Positions 10,488 through 21,414 are shown, counted from the stretch's first letter. The stretch is DNA of 64,000 nucleotides from Gammaproteobacteria bacterium (GCA_018675635.1 JABGXU010000008.1:2544-66543), one strand, 5' to 3'. Notes: generated by a model not told the origin, from the letters alone. A program made the numbers and translations.

Positions 10488-12208
10488 GTAAGTTTGTGAA
10501 AGATATCATTAAAGATTTAATTAAAAAATCCCTAGATAAAATAGATAAAGATAATGGTATTTCAATTGAAAATATCGAAGTGGGTTTATGCAAAGATAAA
10601 AGATTTGGTGATTTCTCATCAAATATAGCTATGAAATTTTCTACAAGATTTGAATCTAATCCAAAAAAATTTGCTGAAAATATTATTAAGGAAATGCAAA
10701 ATAATGAGAATATTCTAAAAATTGAAATAGCTGGTCCAGGATTTATTAATTTCTTTACTTCTAAAGATACAAAATTTGCAGTTATTGAAAAAATATTAAA
10801 AGAAAAGCATTTATACGGGAGTAATTGCCTTGGCTCTAATTCAAAAGTATTAATTGAATTTGTTTCCGCTAATCCTACAGGCCCTCTGCATGTTGGACAT
10901 GGAAGAGGCGCAGTATTTGGAGATTGCATTTCAAGCTTACTGAAGGAAAACGGATACAATGTCACTAAGGAATACTATATTAATGACGCTGGCAAACAGA
11001 TAGATATCCTTACTATTTCTGTATTGCGAAGATATCATGAACTTATAGATAGTAATAAAGTATTTTCTTATGAAGATTTATATAAAGGTGAATATATTTG
11101 GGATATATCAGCAGACATTCACAGAAATTTTAATCTAGAATTTTATATAAAAAATCTGGAAAACTATAATAATAATTCTATAGACGAATTAATACATAAT
11201 ATTAAAAATAATCTTTCAATTGAAAGATTTAATAAAATAAAAGAAATTTCAGTAAATTTTATTCTTAAAGACATTAAAAAAACATTAAAGTTATCTGGTA
11301 TTAAATTTGACTCTTGGTTTTCTGAGTCTTTACTATTAAAAAATAACTCGTTAGATCTAATACTTAATTATTTAAATGAAAATAGTCACACATATAAGAA
11401 GGATGATGCATTATGGTTTAAGTCTAAAGATTCTGGAGACGAAAAAGATCGTGTTTTAATAAAAGAGAATAACGATCATACTTACCTTTCTACTGATATA
11501 GCTTATCATTATAATAAAATTAATAGAGATTATAGTAAAATAATAAATATATGGGGCGCAGATCATCACGGTTATATGGACAGGATAAAAGCAGCTTTTG
11601 ATATTTTTGCACAAAAAAAATCAAAACTTATAATTTTATTAGTCCAATTTGCAAATCTTTATCGAGGAACTGAAAAAATTTCTATGTCAACAAGATCTGG
11701 TGAATTCGTAACACTAGAACAACTAATAAAAGAAGTTGGCAAAGACGCAACTAGATTTTTTTACCTTACAAGAAAGTCTGATCAACATATGGATTTTGAT
11801 ATTGAATTAGCAAAATCTAATAACAACAACAATCCAGTTTACTATATTCAGTATGCCCATGCGAGAATATGTAGTATTTTTAAACAAGCTCAAGAAAATA
11901 AAATGCATTATAAATATGATAATAAATACCTAAGCCTACTAACTGAAGAATCAGAATTAAATATTATTAAAAAATTATCTTATTATCCAGATGTTATTAT
12001 AAGTTCAACTGAAAAATATGAGCCGCATTTATTAACTAATTACATGCGAGAACTTGCACAAGAAATACATTCATACTACAACAAATATCAAATACTAATA
12101 GCTGATGATAAATTAAGAAATGCAAGATTAGCGCTAATTGAAGCTGCTAAACATGTTTTTAAAAATAGTAGTAAAGTTATTGGGATAGGCATGCCAGAAA
12201 AAATGTAA
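10484..12208 (+). CDS. argS: Arginine--tRNA ligase
   Basis: Class I HIGH motif PTGPLHVGHGRGAV. The start is TTG at 10484 (4-nt overlap with the priA stop), or GTG at 10496. Confidence 0.9.
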   Translation: MSKFVKDIIKDLIKKSLDKIDKDNGISIENIEVGLCKDKRFGDFSSNIAMKFSTRFESNPKKFAENIIKEMQNNENILKIEIAGPGFINFFTSKDTKFAVIEKILKEKHLYGSNCLGSNSKVLIEFVSANPTGPLHVGHGRGAVFGDCISSLLKENGYNVTKEYYINDAGKQIDILTISVLRRYHELIDSNKVFSYEDLYKGEYIWDISADIHRNFNLEFYIKNLENYNNNSIDELIHNIKNNLSIERFNKIKEISVNFILKDIKKTLKLSGIKFDSWFSESLLLKNNSLDLILNYLNENSHTYKKDDALWFKSKDSGDEKDRVLIKENNDHTYLSTDIAYHYNKINRDYSKIINIWGADHHGYMDRIKAAFDIFAQKKSKLIILLVQFANLYRGTEKISMSTRSGEFVTLEQLIKEVGKDATRFFYLTRKSDQHMDFDIELAKSNNNNNPVYYIQYAHARICSIFKQAQENKMHYKYDNKYLSLLTEESELNIIKKLSYYPDVIISSTEKYEPHLLTNYMRELAQEIHSYYNKYQILIADDKLRNARLALIEAAKHVFKNSSKVIGIGMPEKM

Positions 12209-12236
12209 TTTAATATGACAGAAATTAATAAATAAA

Positions 12237-12638
12237 ATGCTTAAAAGAATTGTAATTTTAATAATATTTATATTTTTTATATTTATATTTTTTTTATATC
12301 AAGCAAATGAATTAAATAGTTCTATTATTCTAAAATCAAATAAAACCATAGAATATTTATATAAATTACTACCAAATAAAAATATTTTAAAAGATGAAAA
12401 TATAAATAGTAAAATAGAATATTTTATACAATTAGGTGTATTTGCAAAACAGTATGAAGTCGATAGAATTAGAGCTAAAACATCATTATTAGGGCTTAAT
12501 ACTAATTTAAAGAATTATATGCTAAATGGAAAATTAACTACTAAAATTATTATAGGGCCGTTTAATAATAAAAAACTATTAGATAAAGCGTGTAAGTTGC
12601 TTAAAGATAATAGTATTGATTACATTATAATTAATTAA
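12237..12638 (+). CDS. SPOR-domain protein with N-terminal TM anchor
   Basis: N-terminal hydrophobic helix plus a C-terminal SPOR-like segment ([19 protein letters not shown]...IIIGPF). It occupies the same position after argS as the Pseudomonas SPOR protein. Confidence 0.55.
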   Translation: MLKRIVILIIFIFFIFIFFLYQANELNSSIILKSNKTIEYLYKLLPNKNILKDENINSKIEYFIQLGVFAKQYEVDRIRAKTSLLGLNTNLKNYMLNGKLTTKIIIGPFNNKKLLDKACKLLKDNSIDYIIIN

Positions 12639-12642
12639 TAAA

Positions 12643-13683
12643 ATGAATAATATTAAAGTTGCTAATAATTCTTTTCCTAAAACTATCGATGTCTTAAATA
12701 GTTCTCCTGTTTATGATGCAAAAATAAAAGAAGAGAAAATTAATTTAATAAAAGAACTTCTTCTTGAAAAAGACGCTAAAATAATAGCACATTATTACAC
12801 TCACGAAGACATCCAAGAAGTTGCAGAGCTTACTGGCGGAAACGTATCTGATTCTCTCGAAATGGCTAAATTTGGTGCTAATCAGAGCTCTAAGGTGTTA
12901 ATTGTTGCCGGTGTAAGGTTTATGGGTGAAACAGCAAAAATATTAAATCCTGAGAAAAAAATATTAATGCCAACTCTTGAAGCTGAATGCTCTCTTGATA
13001 TTAATTGCCATGCCCCTGATCTTCTTAAATTTTGTGAAAAATATCCTGATAGAAAGTTAGTAGTTTATGCAAATACAAGTGCAGAAGTTAAAGCTATGGC
13101 AGACTGGGTAGTTACATCAAGTATTGCTGTAAGACTAATTGAATACCTAAAAGAAAAAAATATCAAAATAATTTGGGCTCCCGATAAACATCTTGGTAAT
13201 TATATAAATCAAAAAACTAAAGCTGATATGAAAATATGGAATGCAAGTTGTATAGTTCATGAAGAATTTAAAGCAAACTTGTTAGTGAAATTGATAAAAG
13301 AAAATAAGGATGCTGCTGTTTTAGTTCACCCAGAATCAAATTTAGATATTATTAAACTTGCAGACATAGTTGGCTCTACTTCTCAACTAATTGATGCATG
13401 TAGAAAACTACCGAATAAAAAAATAATTGTTGCTACAGACAATAGAATTTTTTATAAAATGCGCCAAGCTGCTCCTAACAAAATACTTATAGAAGCACCA
13501 ACAGGAGGTGAAGGAGCAGCTTGCATAAGTTGCGCGCATTGTCCTTGGATGGCTATGAATAATCTTGATAATTTAATTGACACCCTTATTAATGAAAAAA
13601 ATGAAATTATAATAAATGAAGATATTAGAAAAAAAGCATATATATCTACTAACAGAATGATTGATTTTGCAAAAAATTTATAA
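12643..13683 (+). CDS. nadA: Quinolinate synthase
   Basis: [20 protein letters not shown]...[11 protein letters not shown] and the C-terminal Cys ligands. Confidence 0.9.
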   Translation: MNNIKVANNSFPKTIDVLNSSPVYDAKIKEEKINLIKELLLEKDAKIIAHYYTHEDIQEVAELTGGNVSDSLEMAKFGANQSSKVLIVAGVRFMGETAKILNPEKKILMPTLEAECSLDINCHAPDLLKFCEKYPDRKLVVYANTSAEVKAMADWVVTSSIAVRLIEYLKEKNIKIIWAPDKHLGNYINQKTKADMKIWNASCIVHEEFKANLLVKLIKENKDAAVLVHPESNLDIIKLADIVGSTSQLIDACRKLPNKKIIVATDNRIFYKMRQAAPNKILIEAPTGGEGAACISCAHCPWMAMNNLDNLIDTLINEKNEIIINEDIRKKAYISTNRMIDFAKNL

Positions 13684-13706
13684 TTAATTGTAAAAATTAA
13701 CAAAAC

Positions 13707-13731
13707 CATGTGCATGTATCATATGCACACG
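13707..13731. terminator. Inverted repeat (TGTGCAT-gtatcat-ATGCACA) between convergent nadA and amtB
   Basis: A 7-bp perfect stem with a 7-nt loop lies between two convergent stop codons. The flanks are only weakly T-rich. Confidence 0.3.
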
Positions 13732-13750
13732 TCACTGTTGAAAAAATATT

Positions 13751-15058
13751 TTACTTTACAAACTCAGGGTATGCTTCCATTCCACACTCTGCTACATCCA
13801 CACCAACATGCTCTTCTTCTGAAGATACTCTGATACCTATAACTGCTTTGAGTATTCCCCAAAATATTAATGCCATTATAAATGTCCAGGAAAATATAGT
13901 TATTACTCCATATAACTGTGTTGTTAATGTTGCGCTTGTATTAGAAAAAACTACAGCTATTAATCCCCATATACCACATGTGCCATGAGCAGATATAGCT
14001 CCTACAGGATCATCAATTTTAGATTTATCTAGTACAATAATTGATATAACGACAAGTATTCCCCCAATTGCTCCAATTATTGCTGCAAGCTCTGGAGATG
14101 GTGTTAACGGCTCTGCTGTAATAGAAACAAGACCTCCAATTGCTCCATTTAAAGACATCGATAAATCATACTTTCCAAATAAAAGTTTTGCGAATAATAA
14201 TGCTGCTATAACACCACCTGCAGCTGCAGCATTTGTATTAACAAATATCAAAGAAACAGCATTTGCTTCTCCTATATTTTGAATCATGAATCCAGATCCG
14301 CCATTAAATCCAAACCAACCTAACCATAAAATAAATGTTCCTAATGTTGCTAATGGCATATTGGCGCCTGGTATTGCGTTGATTTTTCCATTTACATATT
14401 TTCCTTTTCTTGCTCCTAGCAATAAAACACCTGCTAATGCAGCAGCAGCTCCACATAAGTGAACTACGCCAGATCCAGCAAAATCCTGAAAACCCATTAC
14501 ATTTAAAAAACCTCCACCCCATTTCCAATAACCTTGAATAGGATAAATTAATCCTGTCATAATTACGCAAAATAATAAAAAAGATGACAATTTCATTCTT
14601 TCAGCAACGGCACCAGAAACAATAGACATAGCTACTACAACAAATAGTACTTGAAAGAAAAAATAAGATAATCTTGAATAATGTACATCGCCATTACTAG
14701 TTAATACATCTACTGTAGCATTATCACTACTACCTAGTAAAAAACTAGCAGTTGGTATCACTCCATCACCTAAAAAACCTAAAGTTGGTATCACTCCATC
14801 ACCTAAAAAACCTAAAGCTGGTATTACTGCGTCACCAGCAGTTGGATACATTAAGTTAAATCCAACAAGCATATACATAATTGAGGCTATAGAATACAAA
14901 GCAATATTCTTTGTCAAAATCTCAACAGTACTTTTAGATTGTACTAATCCAGCCTCACGCATTGAGAAACCTGCTGCCATCCACATTACGAAGCCACCCA
15001 TTACAAGTAAATAAAAGGTGTCCAGCGCATATGCTAATTCAATAAATTGTCCTTCCAT
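13751..15058 (-). CDS. amtB: Ammonium transporter (Amt family)
   Basis: 435 aa, 11-12 TM helices, Amt signature regions. It lies downstream of glnK. Confidence 0.9.
   Translation of the reverse strand: MEGQFIELAYALDTFYLLVMGGFVMWMAAGFSMREAGLVQSKSTVEILTKNIALYSIASIMYMLVGFNLMYPTAGDAVIPALGFLGDGVIPTLGFLGDGVIPTASFLLGSSDNATVDVLTSNGDVHYSRLSYFFFQVLFVVVAMSIVSGAVAERMKLSSFLLFCVIMTGLIYPIQGYWKWGGGFLNVMGFQDFAGSGVVHLCGAAAALAGVLLLGARKGKYVNGKINAIPGANMPLATLGTFILWLGWFGFNGGSGFMIQNIGEANAVSLIFVNTNAAAAGGVIAALLFAKLLFGKYDLSMSLNGAIGGLVSITAEPLTPSPELAAIIGAIGGILVVISIIVLDKSKIDDPVGAISAHGTCGIWGLIAVVFSNTSATLTTQLYGVITIFSWTFIMALIFWGILKAVIGIRVSSEEEHVGVDVAECGMEAYPEFVK
14751..14836. repeat. 33-bp tandem repeat (~2.6 copies) inside amtB encoding GFLGDGVIPTL units
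   Basis: Units at 14751-14783 and 14784-14816 are identical. A third unit is diverged. The repeat is in frame. Confidence 0.8.
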
Positions 15059-15096
15059 AATTTAAACCTCATTGTTAATTATTTATTGTTAATCAT

Positions 15097-15450
<354 letters not shown>

Positions 15451-15468
15451 TTAAATAGCATATATATA

Positions 15469-15485
15469 TGCATTAATCATGCCAA
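15469..15485 (-). promoter_or_regulatory. sigma54 (-24/-12) promoter TGGCATGATTAATGCA for glnK-amtB
   Basis: Read on the minus strand. It matches TGGCACG-N4-TTGCA at 14 of 16 positions with correct GG/GC spacing. It lies 34-50 nt upstream of the glnK ATG. Confidence 0.5.
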
Positions 15486-15580
15486 TATTTATATTTTTAC
15501 AAATAAAGTTCTAATGTAGGTGCTTATTTTCTTATACATAAATAAAGGTTAAGTTTTTTGTTTCCAGCATTTAAATTATG

Positions 15581-15597
15581 TGCACTTTTTTAGTGCG
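15581..15597. promoter_or_regulatory. NtrC-like dyad TGCAC-N7-GTGCG, ~100 bp upstream of the sigma54 element
   Basis: A 17-bp imperfect dyad resembling the NtrC site TGCACC-N5-GGTGCA, at enhancer distance from the sigma54 element. Confidence 0.3.
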
Positions 15598-15881
15598 GAC
15601 ATTTACAGTATACCTCTAGCAAAAAAAAAGGAAAGGTTGACCTTCCCCCAGTAGTTTGCCAATTTCTATAAATTCATTTATTTTTATAGGATCGACTTCT
15701 CAGGGAGTCTTTTAGAGTTTTATGTTTAAAAATTTAAAATATATTAAAATATTTACTTATAATAATTATCAAGTATTATCATATTTTAATATTAATTATA
15801 ATTTTGGTATTTCATATACCAAAAAAAATATTTATAGGGTATTATTAAAAACTAAATTTCACTTACAAATAAGATTAAGAT

Positions 15882-16124
15882 ATGTTCAAATTTGACCCAA
15901 AAAACGTTGATGAGATAGCAAATAAAATAAAAAATATAATGCCTGAATCTCTAAAGACCTCTAAGGAAGAAATGCAAAAAACACTTAAATCAGGTGCAGA
16001 AGGAGTATTACAAAAATTAGATTTGGTCTCTCGAGAAGAATATGATGTTCAGGTTGCTCTTTTAAAAAAATGTCAAAAAAAAATAAAAGAATTAGAAGCT
16101 AAAATAACCTCATTAAAAAAATAA
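15882..16124 (+). CDS. ubiK: Ubiquinone biosynthesis accessory factor UbiK (YqiC/BMFP family)
   Basis: 80 aa coiled-coil. LDLVSREEYDVQ matches the E. coli YqiC motif LDLVSREEFDVQ. Confidence 0.7.
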   Translation: MFKFDPKNVDEIANKIKNIMPESLKTSKEEMQKTLKSGAEGVLQKLDLVSREEYDVQVALLKKCQKKIKELEAKITSLKK

Positions 16125-16138
16125 AAATAATAATAAGA

Positions 16139-16612
16139 TTATTTAACTGATTCTAAAATATAATCTACACCAAACTTTATTAGTTTATCAGATAGGTCTG
16201 GTCTTCCGCCTTTAGCAGGCATAGCACCAATTCCTTTGATTGCATTCGCGTACAAAACTTCTTTACCTTTTCCTAATCTTATTTGCCATGCAGGTTTGTC
16301 ACCATATTTTGGAGAATTTAATACACCTGTAGTATGACAAGTTTGACATACAGCATTATAAATTTCTTCGCCATTATTATATGGATCAATTTGTGAAGTT
16401 TTAGTATTAGATTTTTGTAATTTTTCATTTGAATCAGAGTAATTTAATTTTCCAACTGGCTTTATCCTGCTTTCAATAGAATTAGAAGTAAATTCATCTG
16501 ACTTACTTAAATCTGGAGTTACAACTTGCGCAATAAAAAAAATTGCAAAAAAGATTATTAACAAAACACCCATAACGGCAAGGAAGAATGTTATAAATTG
16601 TTTATCGTTCAT
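16139..16612 (-). CDS. Membrane-anchored monoheme cytochrome c (c5 family)
   Basis: N-terminal TM helix and a single CQTCH heme-binding motif in a class I fold. Confidence 0.7.
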   Translation of the reverse strand: MNDKQFITFFLAVMGVLLIIFFAIFFIAQVVTPDLSKSDEFTSNSIESRIKPVGKLNYSDSNEKLQKSNTKTSQIDPYNNGEEIYNAVCQTCHTTGVLNSPKYGDKPAWQIRLGKGKEVLYANAIKGIGAMPAKGGRPDLSDKLIKFGVDYILESVK

Positions 16613-16652
16613 TAAGTATCCCTTATTTTACATATCATTATTTATCATTAAT

Positions 16653-16728
16653 TGGAGCGCCTAATAGGAATTGAACCTATATCTCCAGCTCCGGAGGCTA
16701 ACGCTCTATCCATTTGAGCTATAGGCGC
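16653..16728 (-). tRNA. tRNA-Arg (anticodon CCG)
   Basis: 76 nt reading GCGCCTATAGCTCAAATGGATAGAGCGTTAGCCTCCGGAGCTGGAGATATAGGTTCAATTCCTATTAGGCGCTCCA. The cloverleaf folds, U33 is present, the anticodon loop is CU-CCG-GA, the T-loop is GGTTCAATTCC, and CCA is encoded. It is highly similar to E. coli tRNA-Arg(CCG). Confidence 0.85.
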
Positions 16729-16736
16729 ACACATCA

Positions 16737-17372
16737 TTACTTCGCCTTCTTTGACCGCTCAAGCTCTATAATATAATCAGTTATTTCTATCATTCTCTCA
16801 TAAGTTTTTGCCATACTACCAGAAATTTTATACTTATCGTTTATAATAATTGCTGGCACACTATCAATTTTATAAGTTTCAAGCAAATAATTTGCTTCTT
16901 GAACTTTTTTTGAAACACCTTCTGAAGAAAAAATCTTTGTTGCTTTTTTAGTGTCGACACCCTGACTATCCAAAAACTTCATTATTGATTCCATAGATGA
17001 AAATGTTCTTTGTTGCTCATGATATGCATAAAAAAAGTTTTTATGTAAATCATGAAAATTATCTAATTCGCGCATTGTATAAAATGCTCTTGCATGCAGT
17101 AACCATGGCTTATTAAAAACTACAGGCATATTTATAAAATTAATATCCTTGGAATCTTTTTTCCCCCAATCTGACAAAAAATCTTCAAAAATATAACAAT
17201 GGGGGCATCCATACCAAAATGCTTCAACAACTAATATTTTATCAATCTTATTTAATTCATATGATGAAGGATCATTATGCATTAACTCATAATCAATTCC
17301 CTGCTCAAATTTATCTTCCGCATTTAATGTTGCTACAAAGATAATAAATATAACTAATATTTTTTTAATCAT
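16737..17372 (-). CDS. dsbA: Thiol:disulfide interchange protein DsbA
   Basis: Signal peptide and the CPHC active site. Confidence 0.85.
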   Translation of the reverse strand: MIKKILVIFIIFVATLNAEDKFEQGIDYELMHNDPSSYELNKIDKILVVEAFWYGCPHCYIFEDFLSDWGKKDSKDINFINMPVVFNKPWLLHARAFYTMRELDNFHDLHKNFFYAYHEQQRTFSSMESIMKFLDSQGVDTKKATKIFSSEGVSKKVQEANYLLETYKIDSVPAIIINDKYKISGSMAKTYERMIEITDYIIELERSKKAK

Positions 17373-17387
17373 AATTTCTTAATAACC

Positions 17388-18032
17388 TTAATATAAGCCC
17401 TGGAGGTATTCTGAAAGTCCTTTCATTTCTATATTTGATAACTTAAACGATATGCTGCTCATGATTGAATAATTTTTACTAATTAAATGCCTATCATCAT
17501 AACTTTCTTTATAATTTTTTAATCTATTTAATAAATATGCTGAATGTTGACCTGAAATTTTTGGATAACCAGTGCGGTCTATACCTAAACCTTTGGGCCC
17601 ATGACATGATATGCATGCTGGGATTCCTCTATCCAAAATCCCACCACGATAAATACTTTCGCCTAATCTTATAATTTTTTCTCCTGCTTGGACTTTACCC
17701 TTTTTCCCTTGCAAACTATTATAATAACTTGCTAAATCAATAATATCTTGATCAGATAAATTCATAGCTTGTGCATTCATTAGTGCATTTTTTCTAATTC
17801 CATCTCTAAACATATGAAGCTGATCAATTAAATATCTTTTACTCTGTTGAGATAAATTAGGCCACTCAGGATTATTACTATTTCCACCAACACCATGACA
17901 AGCGATACAGATCTGAGCTTTCTCTTTGCCTGCTTTTATAGGACCACCGTGGTGGTCTGCAAGAGCAAGGGTTGGTAACAATAGTAAAAAAAGGCATATT
18001 TTATGTACCTTAAATAAAGGTTTATTTAGCAT
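17388..18032 (-). CDS. Diheme cytochrome c4
   Basis: Signal peptide and two CxxCH motifs (CIACHG, CISCHG). Adjacent to dsbA as in Pseudomonas. Confidence 0.8.
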   Translation of the reverse strand: MLNKPLFKVHKICLFLLLLPTLALADHHGGPIKAGKEKAQICIACHGVGGNSNNPEWPNLSQQSKRYLIDQLHMFRDGIRKNALMNAQAMNLSDQDIIDLASYYNSLQGKKGKVQAGEKIIRLGESIYRGGILDRGIPACISCHGPKGLGIDRTGYPKISGQHSAYLLNRLKNYKESYDDRHLISKNYSIMSSISFKLSNIEMKGLSEYLQGLY

Positions 18033-18118
18033 TTATTCTCCTCTAATTTATTTCTTAATTCCATTTTCAAACATTGTATACTATTTTGAAAAAAACCAAT
18101 ATATTAATAGTAATAAAA

Positions 18119-18715
18119 ATGACATTAATAATAAAAAAATCAGATTTTGTAAAAAGTGCTACAAAACCTACTCACTATCCAGAAGATATTTTCCCAGAAT
18201 TCTTTTTTGCAGGTAAATCAAATTCTGGAAAATCCAGTATGCTTAATAAAATATGCAATAGGAAAAAATTAGCAATTACAAGCAAAACCCCAGGAAGGAC
18301 ACAATTAATAAATTATTTCATTATTAATAATAATATTAGTTTTGTAGATATCCCAGGGTATGGTTATGCAAGTACTCCAAAAAACATCACTGCTTCTTGG
18401 GAGAAAATGGTTCTTAATTATATTTCAAATCGTAAGTTTATTGTAAGCATGTTTATTGCTGTAGATATAAGAAGAGGTATTGAGAAATTAGACATTTCAA
18501 TGATTAACTTATGTTCTGATTTTAGCGTTTCAGCAAATATTATGTTAACTAAATCTGATAAAGTTAATAATAATGAAAAAACAAAAATGAAAAATAAAAC
18601 TATAAAAGATTTAAAGAATTTTAATAATATAATTAATATACAAACTTTTTCTGCTAAAAATGGTGATGGTGTTAAAGAAGCATTAGATTCTATTAGTGAG
18701 CATCTCCCCAGTTAA
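18119..18715 (+). CDS. engB: Ribosome biogenesis GTPase YihA/EngB
   Basis: G1 GKSNSGKSS and DIPGYGYA motifs. It is divergent from polA as in E. coli and Pseudomonas. The track start at 18074 is TTG. I chose the ATG at 18119. Confidence 0.8.
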   Translation: MTLIIKKSDFVKSATKPTHYPEDIFPEFFFAGKSNSGKSSMLNKICNRKKLAITSKTPGRTQLINYFIINNNISFVDIPGYGYASTPKNITASWEKMVLNYISNRKFIVSMFIAVDIRRGIEKLDISMINLCSDFSVSANIMLTKSDKVNNNEKTKMKNKTIKDLKNFNNIINIQTFSAKNGDGVKEALDSISEHLPS

Positions 18716-21368
18716 AATTAATACCATAATTAACTATCAAAGGTAACTTAAGATTTACACAATTTTGCATAATATTAATAATATTTTCTACCTCATTATC
18801 AACATCTTTTTCATTAATTTCAAAAACTAACTCGTCATGAACTTGCATAATCATTTTAGTATTTGAGTTAATTTCATTTAACCAGCAATCAATTTCAATC
18901 ATAGCTATTTTTATTATATCTGCAGCACTTCCTTGAACTGGAGCATTTATTGCGGTTCTTTCTGCATACTTTCTTCTTTGCACTTGCTTAGAATTAATTT
19001 CAGGCAAATAAAGTTTTCTACCAAATATGGTTTCAACATAACCATTTTTTTGCGCAAATTCTTTTGTTTCTTTCATGTACAATTTTATTTTTGGATATCT
19101 ATCAAAATAAATATCCATATAATCTTTAGCTTCTGGTATTGATATCCCTAATTGTTTAGACATTCCAAATGATGACATTCCATATATTAACCCAAAATTA
19201 ATTGTTTTTGCTGCTCTTCTATCCTCTAAAGTCACATTATCAATATCTATATTAAAAATTTCTGCTGCTGTAAATGAATGTACATCAATATTATTTGTAA
19301 ACGCTTGTAATAAATTTCTATCATTAGATAAATGAGCCATAATTCTTAATTCAATTTGAGAATAATCAGCTGCAAGAATTTTATTACCAACATCCGCTAT
19401 GAATGCTGTTCTTATTTTTTTCCCTTGAGAACTTTTAATAGGTATATTTTGTAAATTTGGCTCAGTTGACGACAATCTTCCAGTAGCTGTAATTGCTTGT
19501 TGATATGAGGTATGAACTCTTCCTGTTTTTTTTGAAACTTGCAAGGGTAATTTATCAGTGTAACCCGTCTTTAATTTATTTAAAGATCGATAATCTAGAA
19601 TTAATTCAGGCAATTTGTGAGATTGCGAAAGAAATTGTAAAGTATCCTCATCTGTAGAAGGTTTCCCAGTAGGAGTATTTTTAAATATTGGTATTTTTAA
19701 ATCTATATATAATATTTCTTGCAATTGTTTTGGAGAATTTAAATTAAATTTCTTTTTTGTTATTTCAAAACATTTTTTTTGAATTTCATTTAGCTCTTTT
19801 TCTAGCTCTTTACTCAATTTATTGAGTTTTTTAGAATCAATTAAAACTCCGTTCCTCTCAATATCAGATAATATTGGCATTAAAGGAATCTCTATATCAC
19901 TATAAATCTTAATAATATTTTTATCTTTTGAAACCTTTTCCCATAAATAATTATACAATTCCAAACTAATAATTGCATCTTCACAGGAATATTCAGCCGC
20001 AACATCTATATCTACTTCAGAAAATGGTATTTGTTTAACTCCTTTTCCTGCTACATCTTCATAATGAATAGTCTTGTGTGATAAATATTTTTCAGCAACA
20101 TTATCTAAACCATGGCGTATTGCTGTTGAATCATACACATAAGATAAAAGCATTGAATCATGCTGAATACCTTTTAAATTAATTTTATAGTTTAATAAAA
20201 CATTTCTATCATATTTAAGATTATGTCCAACTTTTTTTATTTTTTTATCCTCAAGTATAGATTTGAAATTTTCTAAAACATATTTTATTGGTAATTGTTT
20301 GTACTTAGATTCATCGATATGCGAGAGAGGAATATAAAAACTTTTTTTTGATTCTAATGCAAAAGATATTCCAACAATCTCAGCTTCAATATAGTCAAGA
20401 CTTGTTGTTTCTAGATCAAATGAAAAAAAACATTTCTTTTTAATATCATTTAATAACTGAGTAAAAACATTTTTCTCAGTTATTACATTATAATTATTAC
20501 TAAATTTTTTTTTATTTTCTTTTTCTAAAAAATAATTTAATTCAAGGCTTTTATATATATTGATTAAATGCTCTTTCTTAGCTTCGTGTTTAACAAGATC
20601 ATCTATATCTAAAAGAATTTCTAAATCACACTTTATTGTTGCTAGTTTTTTTGAGAGTTTCAGTTTCTCAATATTAGATTTTAATGAATCACCAACTTTT
20701 CCAGTTATTAAATCTTGATTTTTTATTATACTTTCTACATTACCATGTTTATTAATTAATCTAGATGCAGTTTTACTGCCAACACCGGGAACCCCAGGAA
20801 TATTATCTGCCTTATCTCCAACTAAGGCTAAATAATCAATAATATTTTTTGGATCAACGCCAAACTTTTTTTTAACTCCTTTAGAATCCATTTTGTCTAA
20901 TGTAACTGGATTTATAATAGATATATTTTTATCCACAAGCTGCGCAAAATCTTTATCTCCTGAAAAAATTTTTACCTTATAAGCATTTTTGTATTTTTTT
21001 GACAATGTTCCTATTACATCATCTGCTTCTACACCACTTATAATGATTGGAGGAAATCCAAGTAAATCTAATATTTTATATAATTTAGGTATTTGCTCTA
21101 CTAATTCGCTTGGCATTGCTGATCTATTAGCTTTATACTGCTCAAACATTTTATGTCTAAAATTTTTGCCTTTAGCGTCAAATACAACCCCAATATGCTT
21201 AGGATTAAAATCCTCCATAATTTTATTTATAGCCTTTAAAAATCCATGAATAGCGCCTGTATTTTCCCCTTTACTATTTTTTAAGGGTGGCAATGCATGA
21301 TAAGCGCGGTATAAATACGCTGTTCCGTCCAATAATAATAAAATATCTTCTTTTTGTTTTCCATTCAT
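18693..21368 (-). CDS. polA: DNA polymerase I
   Basis: 891 aa with 5'-3' exonuclease, 3'-5' exonuclease and polymerase domains (RRAAKTINFGLIYG, QVHDELVFE). Confidence 0.95.
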   Translation of the reverse strand: MNGKQKEDILLLLDGTAYLYRAYHALPPLKNSKGENTGAIHGFLKAINKIMEDFNPKHIGVVFDAKGKNFRHKMFEQYKANRSAMPSELVEQIPKLYKILDLLGFPPIIISGVEADDVIGTLSKKYKNAYKVKIFSGDKDFAQLVDKNISIINPVTLDKMDSKGVKKKFGVDPKNIIDYLALVGDKADNIPGVPGVGSKTASRLINKHGNVESIIKNQDLITGKVGDSLKSNIEKLKLSKKLATIKCDLEILLDIDDLVKHEAKKEHLINIYKSLELNYFLEKENKKKFSNNYNVITEKNVFTQLLNDIKKKCFFSFDLETTSLDYIEAEIVGISFALESKKSFYIPLSHIDESKYKQLPIKYVLENFKSILEDKKIKKVGHNLKYDRNVLLNYKINLKGIQHDSMLLSYVYDSTAIRHGLDNVAEKYLSHKTIHYEDVAGKGVKQIPFSEVDIDVAAEYSCEDAIISLELYNYLWEKVSKDKNIIKIYSDIEIPLMPILSDIERNGVLIDSKKLNKLSKELEKELNEIQKKCFEITKKKFNLNSPKQLQEILYIDLKIPIFKNTPTGKPSTDEDTLQFLSQSHKLPELILDYRSLNKLKTGYTDKLPLQVSKKTGRVHTSYQQAITATGRLSSTEPNLQNIPIKSSQGKKIRTAFIADVGNKILAADYSQIELRIMAHLSNDRNLLQAFTNNIDVHSFTAAEIFNIDIDNVTLEDRRAAKTINFGLIYGMSSFGMSKQLGISIPEAKDYMDIYFDRYPKIKLYMKETKEFAQKNGYVETIFGRKLYLPEINSKQVQRRKYAERTAINAPVQGSAADIIKIAMIEIDCWLNEINSNTKMIMQVHDELVFEINEKDVDNEVENIINIMQNCVNLKLPLIVNYGINFNWGDAH

Positions 21369-21414
21369 AGGCTCTATGTTGTTATAATCACCTCAAAAAT
21401 ATTAAAAAAATCCT

